Below are positions 51,391 to 62,609 of a stretch of 64,000 nucleotides of DNA, in pieces (position 1 is the first letter of the stretch; each line of letters starts with the position of its first letter). The position numbers were made by a program, and so were the translations under genes. The notes under the pieces were generated by a model. That model saw nothing but the letters and a program-made list of their open reading frames with translations. It ran no database searches and had not been told where the DNA came from. The stretch covers positions 1,216,001 through 1,280,000 of the forward strand of contig CAWFAK010000005.1 of the NCBI GenBank assembly GCA_963813715.1, read 5' to 3'. The DNA is from an uncultured Planctomycetaceae bacterium (lineage in GTDB: Bacteria; Planctomycetota; Planctomycetia; Planctomycetales; Planctomycetaceae).

Positions 51391-52632
51391 TTAGCTGCTG
51401 AAGGCAGTCAGCACGCGGTGGATTTCCTCGATGGTGGTGACCTTTTCGAGGACTTTTTTCTTGGCGGAGGACTCGAGGGTTTGCATTCCCTTCCCCCTGG
51501 CCAGATCGAGCAGCTGCGCGTGGGAGCGGCCTTTGAGCACCGCGTCACGCAGCGCGTCGTCCATTGTCATCACCTCGAAGACGCCCGTGCGGCCCATGTA
51601 GCCGGTGTGGAAGCACTGCTCGCAACCGGCACCTCGCAGGATTTCGGTCTTGGCCGCCTGCTCGCTGTCGAGCCCCAGGAACTCGGCTTCGGCTGCGTCG
51701 GGACGCTGGGACTGGCGACAGCGCGGGCAGGCCTTACGGACGAGTCGCTGCGAAATGATGCCGACGAGGCTGTCGGCAATGAACATCGGCGGGACGCCGA
51801 ACTCGCGGAATACGTCAATCGTCGACGCGGTATCGTTGGCGTGCAGCGTGCTCAGCACGGTCACACCGGTCAAGCCGGCCCGGCAGGCGATATGGGCTGT
51901 TTCCGGGTCGCGGATTTCGCCGACCATCATCACGTTGGGGTCCTGCCGCAAAACGCCGCGGAGCGCCTCGACGAACCCGAACTCGATCCGCGAATCGACC
52001 TGAATCTGGTTGACGCCGTCGACCCGCCGCTCGACCGGATCTTCGATGGTGCACAGGCTCTTGGCCTTGTCGTTGAGGGCGTCGAGGCAGGCATACATCG
52101 TCGTGCTCTTGCCGGAGCCCACGGGGCCGACGCTTAGAATCATCCCGTAGGGTGCAGAGACGGCCTTCTTCAGCTGGACGATCTGCGCCTCATCGAAGCC
52201 GAGATCCTCGATGCGGGTGAGCTGGGTCGCGTCGGGCATCAGCCGCAGGACGAGCCGTTCTCCGTGAATCGTCGGTCCGCTCCCAACGCGGATGTCCCGC
52301 TGCTGTTTGAGAACGGCGTTGGCAATGTGTCCGTCCTGAGCGAGGCGCCGCTCCGTGATATCCATGTTGGCCATCAGCTTGACGCGGGAGATCACGTGCG
52401 AGGTCATCTCCGTGGGCAGCTTGGCGACGTCGTGCAGCAGACCGTCGACCCGCAGGCGGACGCGGAGGCCCGTCTCGCTCGGATCGAGGTGAATGTCCGT
52501 TGCCTGCAGTTGGAAGGCTCGCTCCAAGAGCAAATCGACGAGCGGCCCGGGGCCGACAACGTCGACGAGTTCTCTCAGCTCCTCTTGCAACGCCTTCTGA
52601 CGGATTCCCGATTTCTCGGTCGTGGCACTCAT
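51391..52632 (-). CDS. GspE/PilB family secretion ATPase lacking the long N-terminal domain
   Basis: [53 protein letters not shown]. Confidence 0.93.
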   Translation of the reverse strand: MSATTEKSGIRQKALQEELRELVDVVGPGPLVDLLLERAFQLQATDIHLDPSETGLRVRLRVDGLLHDVAKLPTEMTSHVISRVKLMANMDITERRLAQDGHIANAVLKQQRDIRVGSGPTIHGERLVLRLMPDATQLTRIEDLGFDEAQIVQLKKAVSAPYGMILSVGPVGSGKSTTMYACLDALNDKAKSLCTIEDPVERRVDGVNQIQVDSRIEFGFVEALRGVLRQDPNVMMVGEIRDPETAHIACRAGLTGVTVLSTLHANDTASTIDVFREFGVPPMFIADSLVGIISQRLVRKACPRCRQSQRPDAAEAEFLGLDSEQAAKTEILRGAGCEQCFHTGYMGRTGVFEVMTMDDALRDAVLKGRSHAQLLDLARGKGMQTLESSAKKKVLEKVTTIEEIHRVLTAFSS

Positions 52633-52772
52633 GGGATTCCTTTCACGGTCTCTTGGTGTGACGCGTCTAGATTGTAGTCGAGGAGAAAACCGGCGTCGTG
52701 CCGGCGAGTCGTCAAGCGGAACGCCCGCGTTTCCGATAGATCAGACTGAGTGAGAATCTCCAAAGGCCGTGA

Positions 52773-53645
52773 TCAGTTGGATCTGCCGTAGCCCCCCCGC
52801 AGACCGGGTTTGGCCGCCGGCGAATTGGTTGGTGGCGTTGTCGCAGCGGCCGGGTTGGCGGCCGGTGCGGAGACAGGCGTGGTCGCTACAGGAGTCGCGG
52901 CAGTCGCTGGGGCGTCAGTCTTCGGCGCAGACGCCTCGGTCGGGGCGCTGCGAGAGTTGGCTCCGGCGGCTGGCGCCTTTGCCGCCGCTTCTTGAGGAGC
53001 CATCACAATTCCGCCCAGGACCGCCAAAACGCAGATCGCCAAAAAGGCGATCCCCAAGTTGCGGCGATTCCCGGCCTGATTCAACAAAAACATCCCGGCT
53101 CCCAAGCCGAGAAACGCAAACGCAATTTCGATGAACATTGCGTACCGCGGAGCCAGCGGCGGATTGGGCGAAAACTGCAGGGCCAGGCCGACCAGCGTTC
53201 CGACCGTGCCGATCACGCCCGCGGCGACCAATCCCATGCCACCGGTGGCAAGGCCGCCGCCGGTCGACGGAGCGGTCGCCTTGATTCCCAGCGTTGCATA
53301 CGCCTCCTGCCGCGTGCCGACGATCGTCCACAACTTGGTCAGGCCGGCCAGCTTCAACACTTCGAACACCAGTTCGTGCTGGTTGACCACGACCATCTTG
53401 CCGCCGCGGCTGTTGACCGTCTTGTAGAGCCGCACGATGAGCGCCACCATCGCGCTGCCCATATAGCTGAGCGGCGTCAGGTCGACAAGCACTTTGGGAG
53501 ACGGCGCCCCGCTGATGCGCTCCACGATTTCACTGCCAACGCGCTCGATGTCGGCCCACTGCTTGTCGTTGAGTTCCGGGAGCAGCGTGACCGTGAGGCA
53601 GCCATTGACGGTCTCGAACCGGTAATATGTCTCGCCAGTGCTCAC
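52773..53645 (-). CDS. STAS (anti-sigma antagonist-like) domain fused to about 3 TM helices and a Pro/Ala/Thr tail
   Basis: VLVDLTPLSYMGSAMV...VFEVLKLAGL followed by hydrophobic segments. Confidence 0.85.
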   Translation of the reverse strand: MSTGETYYRFETVNGCLTVTLLPELNDKQWADIERVGSEIVERISGAPSPKVLVDLTPLSYMGSAMVALIVRLYKTVNSRGGKMVVVNQHELVFEVLKLAGLTKLWTIVGTRQEAYATLGIKATAPSTGGGLATGGMGLVAAGVIGTVGTLVGLALQFSPNPPLAPRYAMFIEIAFAFLGLGAGMFLLNQAGNRRNLGIAFLAICVLAVLGGIVMAPQEAAAKAPAAGANSRSAPTEASAPKTDAPATAATPVATTPVSAPAANPAAATTPPTNSPAAKPGLRGGYGRSN

Positions 53646-54019
53646 GGCTGCATCTCCACGTATGAGTAAATCGACGGACTATTGCGCGATACGGCCCGTG
53701 CGCCGGAAGGCCATCGTCTCGGGGCGGCCACGAGAGGGAAGAACGGGTGAAGAGCGGAATTAAGTCGAAAATCGGTCTCTATAATGTAGGGAACTCTCCC
53801 ACGAAGCAACTGTGCACTCTGCAAAATCGCTAAAACCGCTTCGCGCTCCCCTGAACGCACGATTCCGGCCGAAAAATGCCCTGAAAACGGGTCCAGGACG
53901 CGACTCACGGAATGCGGCTCACACGGCCTCCCGGCGGCGGTCTGCACCCCAAACTTTTCGGGGCAATTGTCACGATCGATTGATGATTGGGACGAGTCAC
54001 CTCTCGGCGCGCATTTTGT

Positions 54020-54049
54020 TTGACACCCTGTTTTTGCGCCGCCTATAAT
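54020..54049 (+). promoter_or_regulatory. Consensus sigma70 promoter
   Basis: TTGACA-N18-TATAAT, both hexamers perfect. Confidence 0.8.
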
Positions 54050-54310
54050 CGACCTATCCCCCGAAATCTCGCAGGTTCCCCAAAACATTCACCAATTCCA
54101 AATCGATCGGGCCGCGCACCAAATCGAACGGACTGAGATCCGACCGCACGAGCACTCATCTTTCGGACGTCGCAGGCGGCGACAACAACGGCTCAGGAGG
54201 GCGTCACCGAAGCGTCTCGTGCGGAATGATTGGTCGAGTGAACGAGACGTTGGTCGAGGGGCGTCAGGTTTAGGCGGACTCTTAACTCCGGGCCGGAAAC
54301 AGCAGCGCTC

Positions 54311-54973
54311 ATGACAAAGGTCGCCAAGTGTCTCGTGGTCTTCGTCGTCGGCGCCTCATTCGCCTTTCTGGGCTTTGCCTGGGTGTCGATGATGGGCGGG
54401 CCCAACTGGGCCGCTGAAGCCGCGGCTTTGCCCGGCTACGAATTCATCAAAGGTGATGATGGTCGCTGGAAGGTAACCGATCGGGCTTCAGGCCAGGCGG
54501 TCAACGTCTCGGCCTCGCCCACGGTGTTCGCCTCCGCCATCCTGGCCGCCCGCAAGGACCTGTCCGACAAGCAGGAGGCTGAGGCCAAGAACCTCGCGAC
54601 GCCAACTGCCAACTACAAGAAGAAACTTGACGAAGCCAAGAAGTTCAACGAGATCGACGTTAAGGCCATGGAAGCGCGCGTGCAGCAATTGGACACCCAG
54701 CTTCAAGATCTCAACGCCAAAATCCTGCAGCTTTCCGGCGACGTCGTTAAACGCTCGCAGGAGGCGCAGTTGATTCGTAGTGAGGCGACGAAGCGTCGCG
54801 AAGACGTCTTTCGCCTGACACGGGAACTTTCCGAGATTCGCACCGATCACGCGCGATCGGAAGAACTGGAACGCAAGCTCCGCGATCAACTCGTGCGTCT
54901 CGACGGCGTGATCGCCAGCCTCGAAAGCCGCAACAAGCAACTCCACGACGCCCTCGACCACGCGTCGCGCTGA
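54311..54973 (+). CDS. Hypothetical protein: N-terminal TM plus long coiled coil
   Basis: MTKVAKCLVVFV... TM segment; heptad-like L/E/K/Q-rich C-terminal half. Confidence 0.85.
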   Translation: MTKVAKCLVVFVVGASFAFLGFAWVSMMGGPNWAAEAAALPGYEFIKGDDGRWKVTDRASGQAVNVSASPTVFASAILAARKDLSDKQEAEAKNLATPTANYKKKLDEAKKFNEIDVKAMEARVQQLDTQLQDLNAKILQLSGDVVKRSQEAQLIRSEATKRREDVFRLTRELSEIRTDHARSEELERKLRDQLVRLDGVIASLESRNKQLHDALDHASR

Positions 54974-55059
54974 GTTTCCAAGTGCCCCGGCGGGGCACCG
55001 AATCGAAGTCCCTCACGATCCTTGATATCCGCAAATTGAGCTCGAGTTAGGAGTAGGTA

Positions 55060-55917
55060 ATGTCGACTGTCGGCAAGGTCCTCGTTGTCATGCAAATCGC
55101 GTTCAGCGTCCTGCTGATGGCGTTTGCCGGCGGTGTTTATTCGGTGCAGACCAACTGGAAGACAAAGGCTACGGCGGCTGAAAGCAAGCTCTCCAAGGCT
55201 GAGACGGATGTCCGGAACGCCAAGGCGAACGCCAAAACCATTCAGGACAAGGCCGTCGCCACCGAAAAAACGCTCAAAGATGCGGCCGACAGGGCCCAGG
55301 GCACGGCGGACGCCGAAAAAGCGCAGATTACCCAGTTGCAACGGAATTTGACGCAGACGCGGACCGAGCTGGAAAACATCCGTGCCGAGGACAAGATCGC
55401 CGGCGAGGAGGCTCGCGCCCGCCGCGACGAGGCCCTCAACATGCGGAAGATCAACGACGAGCTCCATCGCACCCGCGATGAGCAGATCACCCTGGCCCAC
55501 CAATATGCCGACAAAATCGTCAACCTCGAGCAGCAAAATAAGGCGATGACCGAGAAGCACAACAAGCTGCTCGGCGATTACGCCATCCTGCAGAAATTCA
55601 TCCGTATCAAGGGATTCGACTCGGATCCGCGTGAAGTCGCCGGACTGGCCGAACCGGCCCCCATCGTTTACGGCCTGGTGCTCAATACCCGCAAGGGGGG
55701 ACGCAACGGGGCCGAGCTGATCGAGATCAGCCTGGGCAGCGATGCCGGATTGGCGAAGGGGCATGAGCTCTTCGTTTACCGGTCGGACGGCAAAGGCAAA
55801 TATCTGGGCAAAATCCGCCTCGATTATGTCGATTACAAGACGGCCGTCGGCGTTGTGATTCAAACGACCAAAAACGGGCAAATTCAGGTAGGGGACAATG
55901 TCACCACGAAGCTCTAA
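55060..55917 (+). CDS. Hypothetical protein: TM, long coiled coil and small C-terminal beta domain
   Basis: MSTVGKVLVVMQ... TM; coiled coil; EISLGSDAGLAKGHELFVYR...IQVGDNV; AGGAG SD. Confidence 0.88.
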   Translation: MSTVGKVLVVMQIAFSVLLMAFAGGVYSVQTNWKTKATAAESKLSKAETDVRNAKANAKTIQDKAVATEKTLKDAADRAQGTADAEKAQITQLQRNLTQTRTELENIRAEDKIAGEEARARRDEALNMRKINDELHRTRDEQITLAHQYADKIVNLEQQNKAMTEKHNKLLGDYAILQKFIRIKGFDSDPREVAGLAEPAPIVYGLVLNTRKGGRNGAELIEISLGSDAGLAKGHELFVYRSDGKGKYLGKIRLDYVDYKTAVGVVIQTTKNGQIQVGDNVTTKL

Positions 55918-56047
55918 GAAGAAATCGGCCCGTCCTGAGGGTCCGCCCCCGGTGCTCGACGTTTACGTCGGGTTGCTCCTGTTCTCCGTCGGGGCGCTGA
56001 TCGTGGGCATCCTTTTCCTCAAGTTCCAGCTGGACGCCTACCTCTAA
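55898..56047 (+). CDS. 49-aa single-TM protein (absent from the ORF track)
   Basis: MSPRSSKKKSARPEGPPPVLDVYVGLLLFSVGALIVGILFLKFQLDAYL*; overlaps the upstream stop and has a purine-rich SD. Confidence 0.7.
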   Translation: MSPRSSKKKSARPEGPPPVLDVYVGLLLFSVGALIVGILFLKFQLDAYL

Positions 56048-56239
56048 ACCGGCCCTGTCGATCGCGACCGCTCCGACTGAACGGTGGGGTCCAGCCCGCC
56101 GCTGATGGGCCGCCTGGACGCCGTCTTGCAGCATTTCGCGTTTCGCGATACAACTCCGCCGACTGCAAGACCTTAAATCCACTCCCCGCCGCCAGAAGCC
56201 GGCGCCAACGCTTCCCCCCATCCGTCGCGAGCAGCATGG

Positions 56240-57289
56240 ATGCTGAACCGCTTGCGCAATTGGCTCTGTCCCGATCTCGCCATCGACCTCGGGACGGCGA
56301 ACACGCTGATCGCCGTGCAAGGTCGCGGCGTGATCGTCGATGAGCCGTCGGTGGTCGCCCTGCAAAAGGGAAGCCGGCGGGTTCTGGGCAAGGGCACGGC
56401 CGTCGGCAAACTCGCCAAGCAGATGCTGGGCCGCACGCCCGATTCGATCACCGCCGTGCGGCCGCTCAAAGACGGCGTCATCACCGACTTCGAGTTGTGC
56501 GAGGCCATGCTGCGGTATTTCATCCGCAAAGCGGGCCGCCAGTCAGGCGGGTTAAGGCCGCGCGTGGTGATTGCGGTGCCCGGCGGCATCACGCCGGTCG
56601 AAAAGCGGGCCGTCTTCAACAGCGCCGAGCGCGCCGGGGCCGGCCGCGTCTACCTGCTCGAAGAGTCGAAGGCGGCCGGAATCGGGGCCGGGCTGCCGAT
56701 CTCCGAACCGCTCGCCAGCATGGTCTGCGACATCGGCGGCGGAACCACCGACGTCGCCATCTTGAGTCTCGCCGACGTCGTGGTCAGCCGGTCGATCCGC
56801 ATCGCCGGTGACGAAATGGACGAAGCCATCGTCGATTATCTCAAACGCCACTTCTCGCTGAAGATCGGCCTGCAGACGGCGGAGCAAGTCAAAATTGAAA
56901 TCGGCAGCGCGTTCCCGCTGGAACAGGAACTGTCGCGGGAAGTCAGCGGACTCGACACGATCAGTGGCGTACCCCGCAAGGCTGTCGTCACCAGTGAAGA
57001 GATTCGCGAAGCGCTCCGTCTGCCCGTCGAGGCGATCCTCAACTGCATCAAGGTCGTGATCGAGCAGTGCAAACCGGAGTTGGTCGCCGACCTGGCTGAC
57101 ACCGGCCTGGTGCTGACGGGAGGTGGGGCTCTCTTGCGCGGGCTGGCAACCTATCTCAACGAGCAATTGGGAATCCCCGTCCGCGTGGCCGACGACCCCC
57201 TGACGACTGTTGCCCGCGGAACGGCCATCTGTCTCGAACACCTGGCCCACTGGCGCGACAGCCTCGAGACCTCCGATCGCGATGTTTGA
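56240..57289 (+). CDS. mreB: Rod shape-determining protein MreB
   Basis: AIDLGTANTL, EPSVVA, RPLKDGVI, DIGGGTT, LTGGGALL. Confidence 0.97.
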   Translation: MLNRLRNWLCPDLAIDLGTANTLIAVQGRGVIVDEPSVVALQKGSRRVLGKGTAVGKLAKQMLGRTPDSITAVRPLKDGVITDFELCEAMLRYFIRKAGRQSGGLRPRVVIAVPGGITPVEKRAVFNSAERAGAGRVYLLEESKAAGIGAGLPISEPLASMVCDIGGGTTDVAILSLADVVVSRSIRIAGDEMDEAIVDYLKRHFSLKIGLQTAEQVKIEIGSAFPLEQELSREVSGLDTISGVPRKAVVTSEEIREALRLPVEAILNCIKVVIEQCKPELVADLADTGLVLTGGGALLRGLATYLNEQLGIPVRVADDPLTTVARGTAICLEHLAHWRDSLETSDRDV

Positions 57290-58263
57290 GTGCGTCCATG
57301 CGCCGTTCTTCCCGGAATCGATCGACGCTGCTGGCCGCCTTCGCGACCTGTGCCGCCGCCGCAGTGCTGTTCCTGTCGCCACCCGGGATCCAGTCGGCCG
57401 TGCGAAGCGCGGTGCTCGACATGGTCGGGCCGAGCCAGGCTTGGGTTTTTGCTCGCTACGAATCGGGCCGGCAGCTCGTCCTTGCTCAGATCACGAGATT
57501 TCGGCCGAGCGCAACAAGCAGTGCGCCGACGCTCGCGGCTGACGCGGATGAGCGGGTCGTCGCTCTCGAACAGGCTTGTCGTCGTCTCCGCCTGGAAAAC
57601 GCCCGTCTCCGCGACGAGCTGATTCTGGCCGAAAAATACGGCGTTTCCCCCGTCCCGGCTTCAGGCCGCCGCTCCTTCGAACGGCCGACCGTCGTCCTCG
57701 CCTCCGTGATTCCCCAACGGGCCCCCGCGGCAGCCGTCGAGCAGATGTTGGGCGCCGGCCGCGGACAGGGTCTGGCGGAGTCGGACGTGGTTGTCGACCA
57801 GTCGCGGCCGCACCTCGATCAGGGTTCCGACGCCGGCGTCGAGCCCGAACTGGACGTGCTGATTGGCCGGTGTGTCGTCGGGCGCATCGCCTCGGTGGGC
57901 CGTTGGGCGAGCGCGCTTGAGCCGATCACCGATCCGCGCTATCGCGGCCTGGCTCAGATCATCCGCCCCAGCGATCAAGGCGGCTCGTTCGGAGCGGAGG
58001 GAATTCTGATCGGCCAGGGGACCGAGTTGCTGAAGCTGGCCGAGGTGCCCACGACCCAATCGGTCCGTGTGGGCGACGAGGTTTACACCAGCGATCGTGA
58101 TCGCCGTTTTCCGATCCCCCTCTATTACGGCCGCGTCGTGACCGTCACGGAGGCGGGCCGCAACTGGGACATCACCGTCCGCCCGGCCGCCCGCGTGAGC
58201 GATCTCAAGACTGTCGCCGTGCTCAAATTCAATCGGCCGGCTGGAAAGACGTTGGCGGAATAA
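57286..58263 (+). CDS. mreC: Rod shape-determining protein MreC (divergent)
   Basis: TM, LRLENARLR coiled coil, DQGSDAGV, VVGRI, GDEVYTS; follows mreB. Confidence 0.85.
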   Translation: MSASMRRSSRNRSTLLAAFATCAAAAVLFLSPPGIQSAVRSAVLDMVGPSQAWVFARYESGRQLVLAQITRFRPSATSSAPTLAADADERVVALEQACRRLRLENARLRDELILAEKYGVSPVPASGRRSFERPTVVLASVIPQRAPAAAVEQMLGAGRGQGLAESDVVVDQSRPHLDQGSDAGVEPELDVLIGRCVVGRIASVGRWASALEPITDPRYRGLAQIIRPSDQGGSFGAEGILIGQGTELLKLAEVPTTQSVRVGDEVYTSDRDRRFPIPLYYGRVVTVTEAGRNWDITVRPAARVSDLKTVAVLKFNRPAGKTLAE

Positions 58264-58266
58264 CCA

Positions 58267-58797
58267 ATGAAACCTTCTTTGGCCGCAATGCTGAGCGCGC
58301 TGGCTCTACTGGCCGCGCCGATTGTCGATCAAGCATGCGGTGATCGGTCCTTCCGTCCCGACTTTGTGCTGGCTCCCTTGGCAATTTGTGTTTCGCTGTG
58401 TCCCGGCGGACCGGCCGTTGTTTGCTGCGGCGTACTGGGATTGATTCTCGATTGCCTGGCCGGGCCTCACTTGGGGGCACGGGTCGCCGCCTTTTGTCTG
58501 TTGGCAGCGGCGGCCTCACTGGCTATCGGCCGACGCAATGAATCGTGGCCGCGTCGCCTCTTCGGCTGGTGGACACTGCTATTCCTCGCCGGAGCGATTT
58601 CGCAGTTGATCACCCATTCGTCCGTCGGAGGCGAGTTGCACGTGTCGGTCGTGGCCGTCGACGCCGCGCTTCGGGCGGTCGCGACCACGATTCTGCTCGC
58701 GGCCGCAGAACTTGTTGCCCAGTTGCTGTGGACCACCCGGCGGACTTCGGGCTCCCGCTTCGCACCGGTGATCGGCCGATTCGCAGGCGGGGATTGA
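58267..58797 (+). CDS. mreD: Rod shape-determining protein MreD (divergent)
   Basis: RPDFVL, GLILDCLAG..LG; multi-TM; position after mreC. Confidence 0.78.
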   Translation: MKPSLAAMLSALALLAAPIVDQACGDRSFRPDFVLAPLAICVSLCPGGPAVVCCGVLGLILDCLAGPHLGARVAAFCLLAAAASLAIGRRNESWPRRLFGWWTLLFLAGAISQLITHSSVGGELHVSVVAVDAALRAVATTILLAAAELVAQLLWTTRRTSGSRFAPVIGRFAGGD

Positions 58798-58802
58798 CGG
58801 CG

Positions 58803-61098
58803 ATGGACAACCGCCCCACGAATGTCTTTTTCGCCGCCAGCCGTTCCTCGTCGAGTGACTCGGCTCTGCATGGGACCGATCGGAACGAAGGTGGGAGCGG
58901 TCGGTTGATCTGGTTGTTTGTCGCCTTCGCGATGCCGCTGGCCGTTGTGTCGGCCAGGCTCGTGCAGTTGCAATGCTTTCTGGCGGATGAATATGTGGCC
59001 GCCTTCGAGACCACGACCGATAGCGTTGAGCCGATCCCCATGACCGACGGACGCATTTACTTGGGCGACGGGCGAGTTCTGGCCGAGGATGTCGAGCGCT
59101 ACAACATCAGCGTCCATTACCGCTGGCTCGAGGATCCGCCCGACGAACAATGGCTGACTCGTCAGGCAGTCTCCGGCCTGACGCGGGCCGAGCGTCGCAA
59201 TCGAACCATCGTGGCCGCGCAAAAAAAGACCTGCTTGACCGCCGCGCAGCCTTGTGGGCACGCCTGGCAGACTTGTCCGGCGTGTCGCCAAAGGCGTTGA
59301 CCGCGAAGCGGGCCGCGATTCAGCAACGCGTCGAGCGAGTCGGAGCCCGTCTCGCCGAGCGGCAGGCGGCTCGCGAAAACGAAGTCTCCGAGGAACCGGC
59401 CACCTGTGACGTTGGGGGCTCGACGCTTGCGCAGCGTTTGGAATCTGATATCGGCCGCGCTTACGACTCCGCCGCGGCGCGAGGCCGACGAGCCGATCAT
59501 TGCCCGCGAAGCACTCGACTATCATCCGGTCGTCGAAGACGTTTCTCTTGATGTGCGTGCCGAGATCGAAGGCCATCCGCGGTTGTTTCCGGGAGTGCGC
59601 GTCGGCTGCCTGTCGCGGCGCGTCTACTACGACAGCGCGTTCGCCCCGCACGTCGTGGGGGTCCGCGTGCCCGTCACGGAAGCCGAATTGAAGGGCAGCC
59701 AGCCGAAGTCGGAATTGGCATTCGACCGGTCGGACCTGGCCGATTCGCCCGCCGACGCCTCCCCGGCCGACCCGCTCGACTACCAGTCGGGCGACCGGAT
59801 CGGTCACGGCGGCGTCGAAGCAGCGTACGATTCGCATTTGCACGGCCTCCACGGACTGCGAAAGATCACCCGCAACCGTTACGGCGAAGTCGTCCGCGAG
59901 GAAACGATACGCTCGCCGCGACCGGGCGGCAGCGTCGAGCTGACGCTCGACGCGACCGTGCAACGAACGATGGAGCGATTGCTCGACGCCGCTTTGCGGG
60001 CCAATCCCGCGACCGGCCCGTCGGCCGAGGAGCACGTTCCGACCGGGGGCGCCGTTGTCGCAATGGACGTTCAAAGCGGCGCCGTGTTCGTGATGGCCTC
60101 GGCCCCGCGGTTCGACCTGGGCACGACCGGCGTCCCGGACGCCGCCACGTGGAAGCGGCTCACTGCTGACCCGTCGCGACCTTTGTTTCATCGCGCCCTC
60201 CAATCGGCGCTACCGCCGGGATCGGTCTTCAAAGTTCTGTCCGCCGTCGCGCTGCTCGAGAGCCACAAGATCGATCCGGACGAGCGCTACGAATGTCGCG
60301 GCTACCTCGACCATCCCGAGCGGTTCCGCTGTTTGATCTATGCGCATCAGAAAATCGGCCACGGTCCAGTCGATCTGAGCACAGCGCCTGAGCCGCTCGT
60401 GCAACGTGTATTTCTTTCAGGCGGCCGACCGGCTCGGCCCGCAGCCGATCGTCGATTGGGCCGTGCGATTCGGCATCGGCCGACCGACGGGCATCGACCT
60501 GCCTTTCGAGAAGGCGGGCCACCTCCCGGATCCGGACGCAGCTCAGGACGCGACTGGGAGGAAAACGGCCAGTCCCTGGCACCGGGGGGACACGCGCACC
60601 TTGGCGATCGGCCAGTCGAGCCTCACGACTACGCCCCTGCAGATCGCGCGAGTGATGGCGGCGATCGCCAATGGAGGCGATCTGGTCACGCCCGTTGTCG
60701 CCCGCCGGTCGGGCCCGCGTCTGGCGGATGAGGACGCCGCCAGCAGTCTGTCGCGGCGGGTGCATATCCCAGGACTCTCGGACGGAACACTGGCGAGAAT
60801 TCGTTCCGCGCTGGCCAAGACCGTGGCCGACCCCGCCGGCACCGCCTACAACACCGTCCGCACGACAGAGATTTCGATCGCAGGAAAGAGCGGCACGGCC
60901 CAGGCCGGCCGCGGACAAGCCGATCACGCCTGGTTCGCGGGCTACGCTCCGGCTGACAATCCCCGCGTCGCCTTCGCCGTGGTGCTCGAGCACGCCGGTT
61001 CCGGCAGCAAGGCCGCCGGCCCGCTCGCCCGCCAGCTCGTCGAAGCACTCCTCGCCGACGGCGTGCTGCAGCGCGAGCGAGTGGCGCTCGGCAATTGA
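58803..61098 (+). CDS. mrdA: Class B penicillin-binding protein, PBP2/MrdA-like (frameshifts ~59222, ~59410, ~60387)
   Basis: GGVEAAYD..LHG, LTLD, PGSVFK (SxxK), SCNVYF (SxN), AGKSGTAQ, HAWFAGYAP. Confidence 0.88.
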
Positions 61099-61159
61099 GT
61101 CGACAACGACGAGAAGGCGGATTCGCGTCTGGCTCGACTGATTTGCTATGCTAGCCGCC

Positions 61160-61399
61160 ATGGGCGAAGCAGCCGAGCATTTATTCAATCGCAAAAGTGC
61201 GGCCCCCGCGCTGATCACCGCGATGCAGGATTTGGCCGACCGCAGCGGGCGGACGCTGGATTCCCTGGATCAGATGCGGCTCGGCGACGCGTTCGATCTG
61301 GCGGTCGAGCTTTACGGTAACGATCTGCCCGAATACTGGCGGATCTGGAACGATTGGAACACGGCCCCCGACGAGCCGCGGCCGATGGGCGACCTGTAG
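61160..61399 (+). CDS. Small hypothetical protein
   Basis: 79-aa ORF MGEAAEHLF...LPEYWRIWNDWN...PMGDL filling the gap between pbp2 and mnmA. Confidence 0.65.
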   Translation: MGEAAEHLFNRKSAAPALITAMQDLADRSGRTLDSLDQMRLGDAFDLAVELYGNDLPEYWRIWNDWNTAPDEPRPMGDL

Positions 61400-61430
61400 T
61401 GCGCGGCGGCGTGAAGGACGTTTGAAGACG

Positions 61431-62609
61431 ATGAGCCGGCGCGTGGTCTTGGCGATGAGCGGCGGCGTGGACAGCTCCGCGGCCGCCGTCCTCTTGAAGC
61501 GACAGGGTTACGACGTCGTCGGTCTCTTCATGCGGTCGGGCGCGACCGAAGAGGCGGTTTGCGCGACAACCGATCGGGGCGTGGCCTGCGCCACGACGAG
61601 CGGTTCCTCGCTGCCGATCATTTCGGGGCCATTGCCCTCGGCGGAGACAACGCCCGCCCCGCAGCGAGCCTCGCACAAACAGGGCTGCTGCAGCGCGTCG
61701 GACGCGGCTGACGCCCGTCGCGTGGCCGACCTGCTCGATCTGCCGTTTTACGCGCTCAACTTTCAGGACGCGTTTGGCCGTATCAAGGACTACTTCGCGG
61801 ACGAATACCTGAGCGGCCGCACGCCCAACCCCTGCGTGATGTGCAACAACTGGCTCAAGTTCGGCAAGCTGTGGGAGTTTGCCCAGCAGGTCGATGCCGA
61901 GGCCATCGCGACCGGACACTACGCCCAACTGCGCGACGTTGATGGGGACGACCGGCCGGCTCTCGTCCGCGGGAGCCGACGTTTCCAAGGATCAGTCCTA
62001 CGTCCTCTTTGGCATCGCGCGGGAGCTGCTCGATCGGATTATTTTTCCCGTCGGCGGTTTCGAGAAGCCGGCGATCCGCGAGCTGGCCCGCGAGGCCGGC
62101 CTGCGCGTCGCCGACAAACCCGATAGCCAGGAAATCTGTTTCATTCCCGACAACGACTACGCCGGCTTTATCCGCAAGTATCGTGGAATCGACGACGACC
62201 TGTCGGGCGAGTTTGTCGACAGGGCCGGCGCGGTTCTCGGCCGGCACGACGGCTGTCATCACTTCACCATCGGCCAAAGGCGCGGCCTGGGAATTGCCTT
62301 CGGATCGCCCCGCTTCGTGGTCGCGATCGAACCGGCGACGCGCCGCGTCGTTCTGGGGACGCACGACGAGTTGGCCCGGCACGAGCTGGACGCCGATCGG
62401 ACGAATTGGCTCGATTCCGCAGGTTCCGACCAGTTTTCGTTGCCACGCCCAAATCCGCTACCGCCATGACGCGGCCGGCGCTGAAGTCACGTGTCGAGGG
62501 GGACCGAATTCACGTCCGCTTCGACGAGCCGCAATTCGGCGTCACCCCCGGCCAGGCCGTCGTGCTCTACGACGGCGACCGCGTGCTGGGCGGCGGCTGG
62601 ATTCGCTGA
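61431..62609 (+). CDS. mnmA: tRNA 2-thiouridine(34) synthase (frameshifts ~61970, ~62415, possibly ~62495)
   Basis: [62 protein letters not shown]. Confidence 0.94.
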
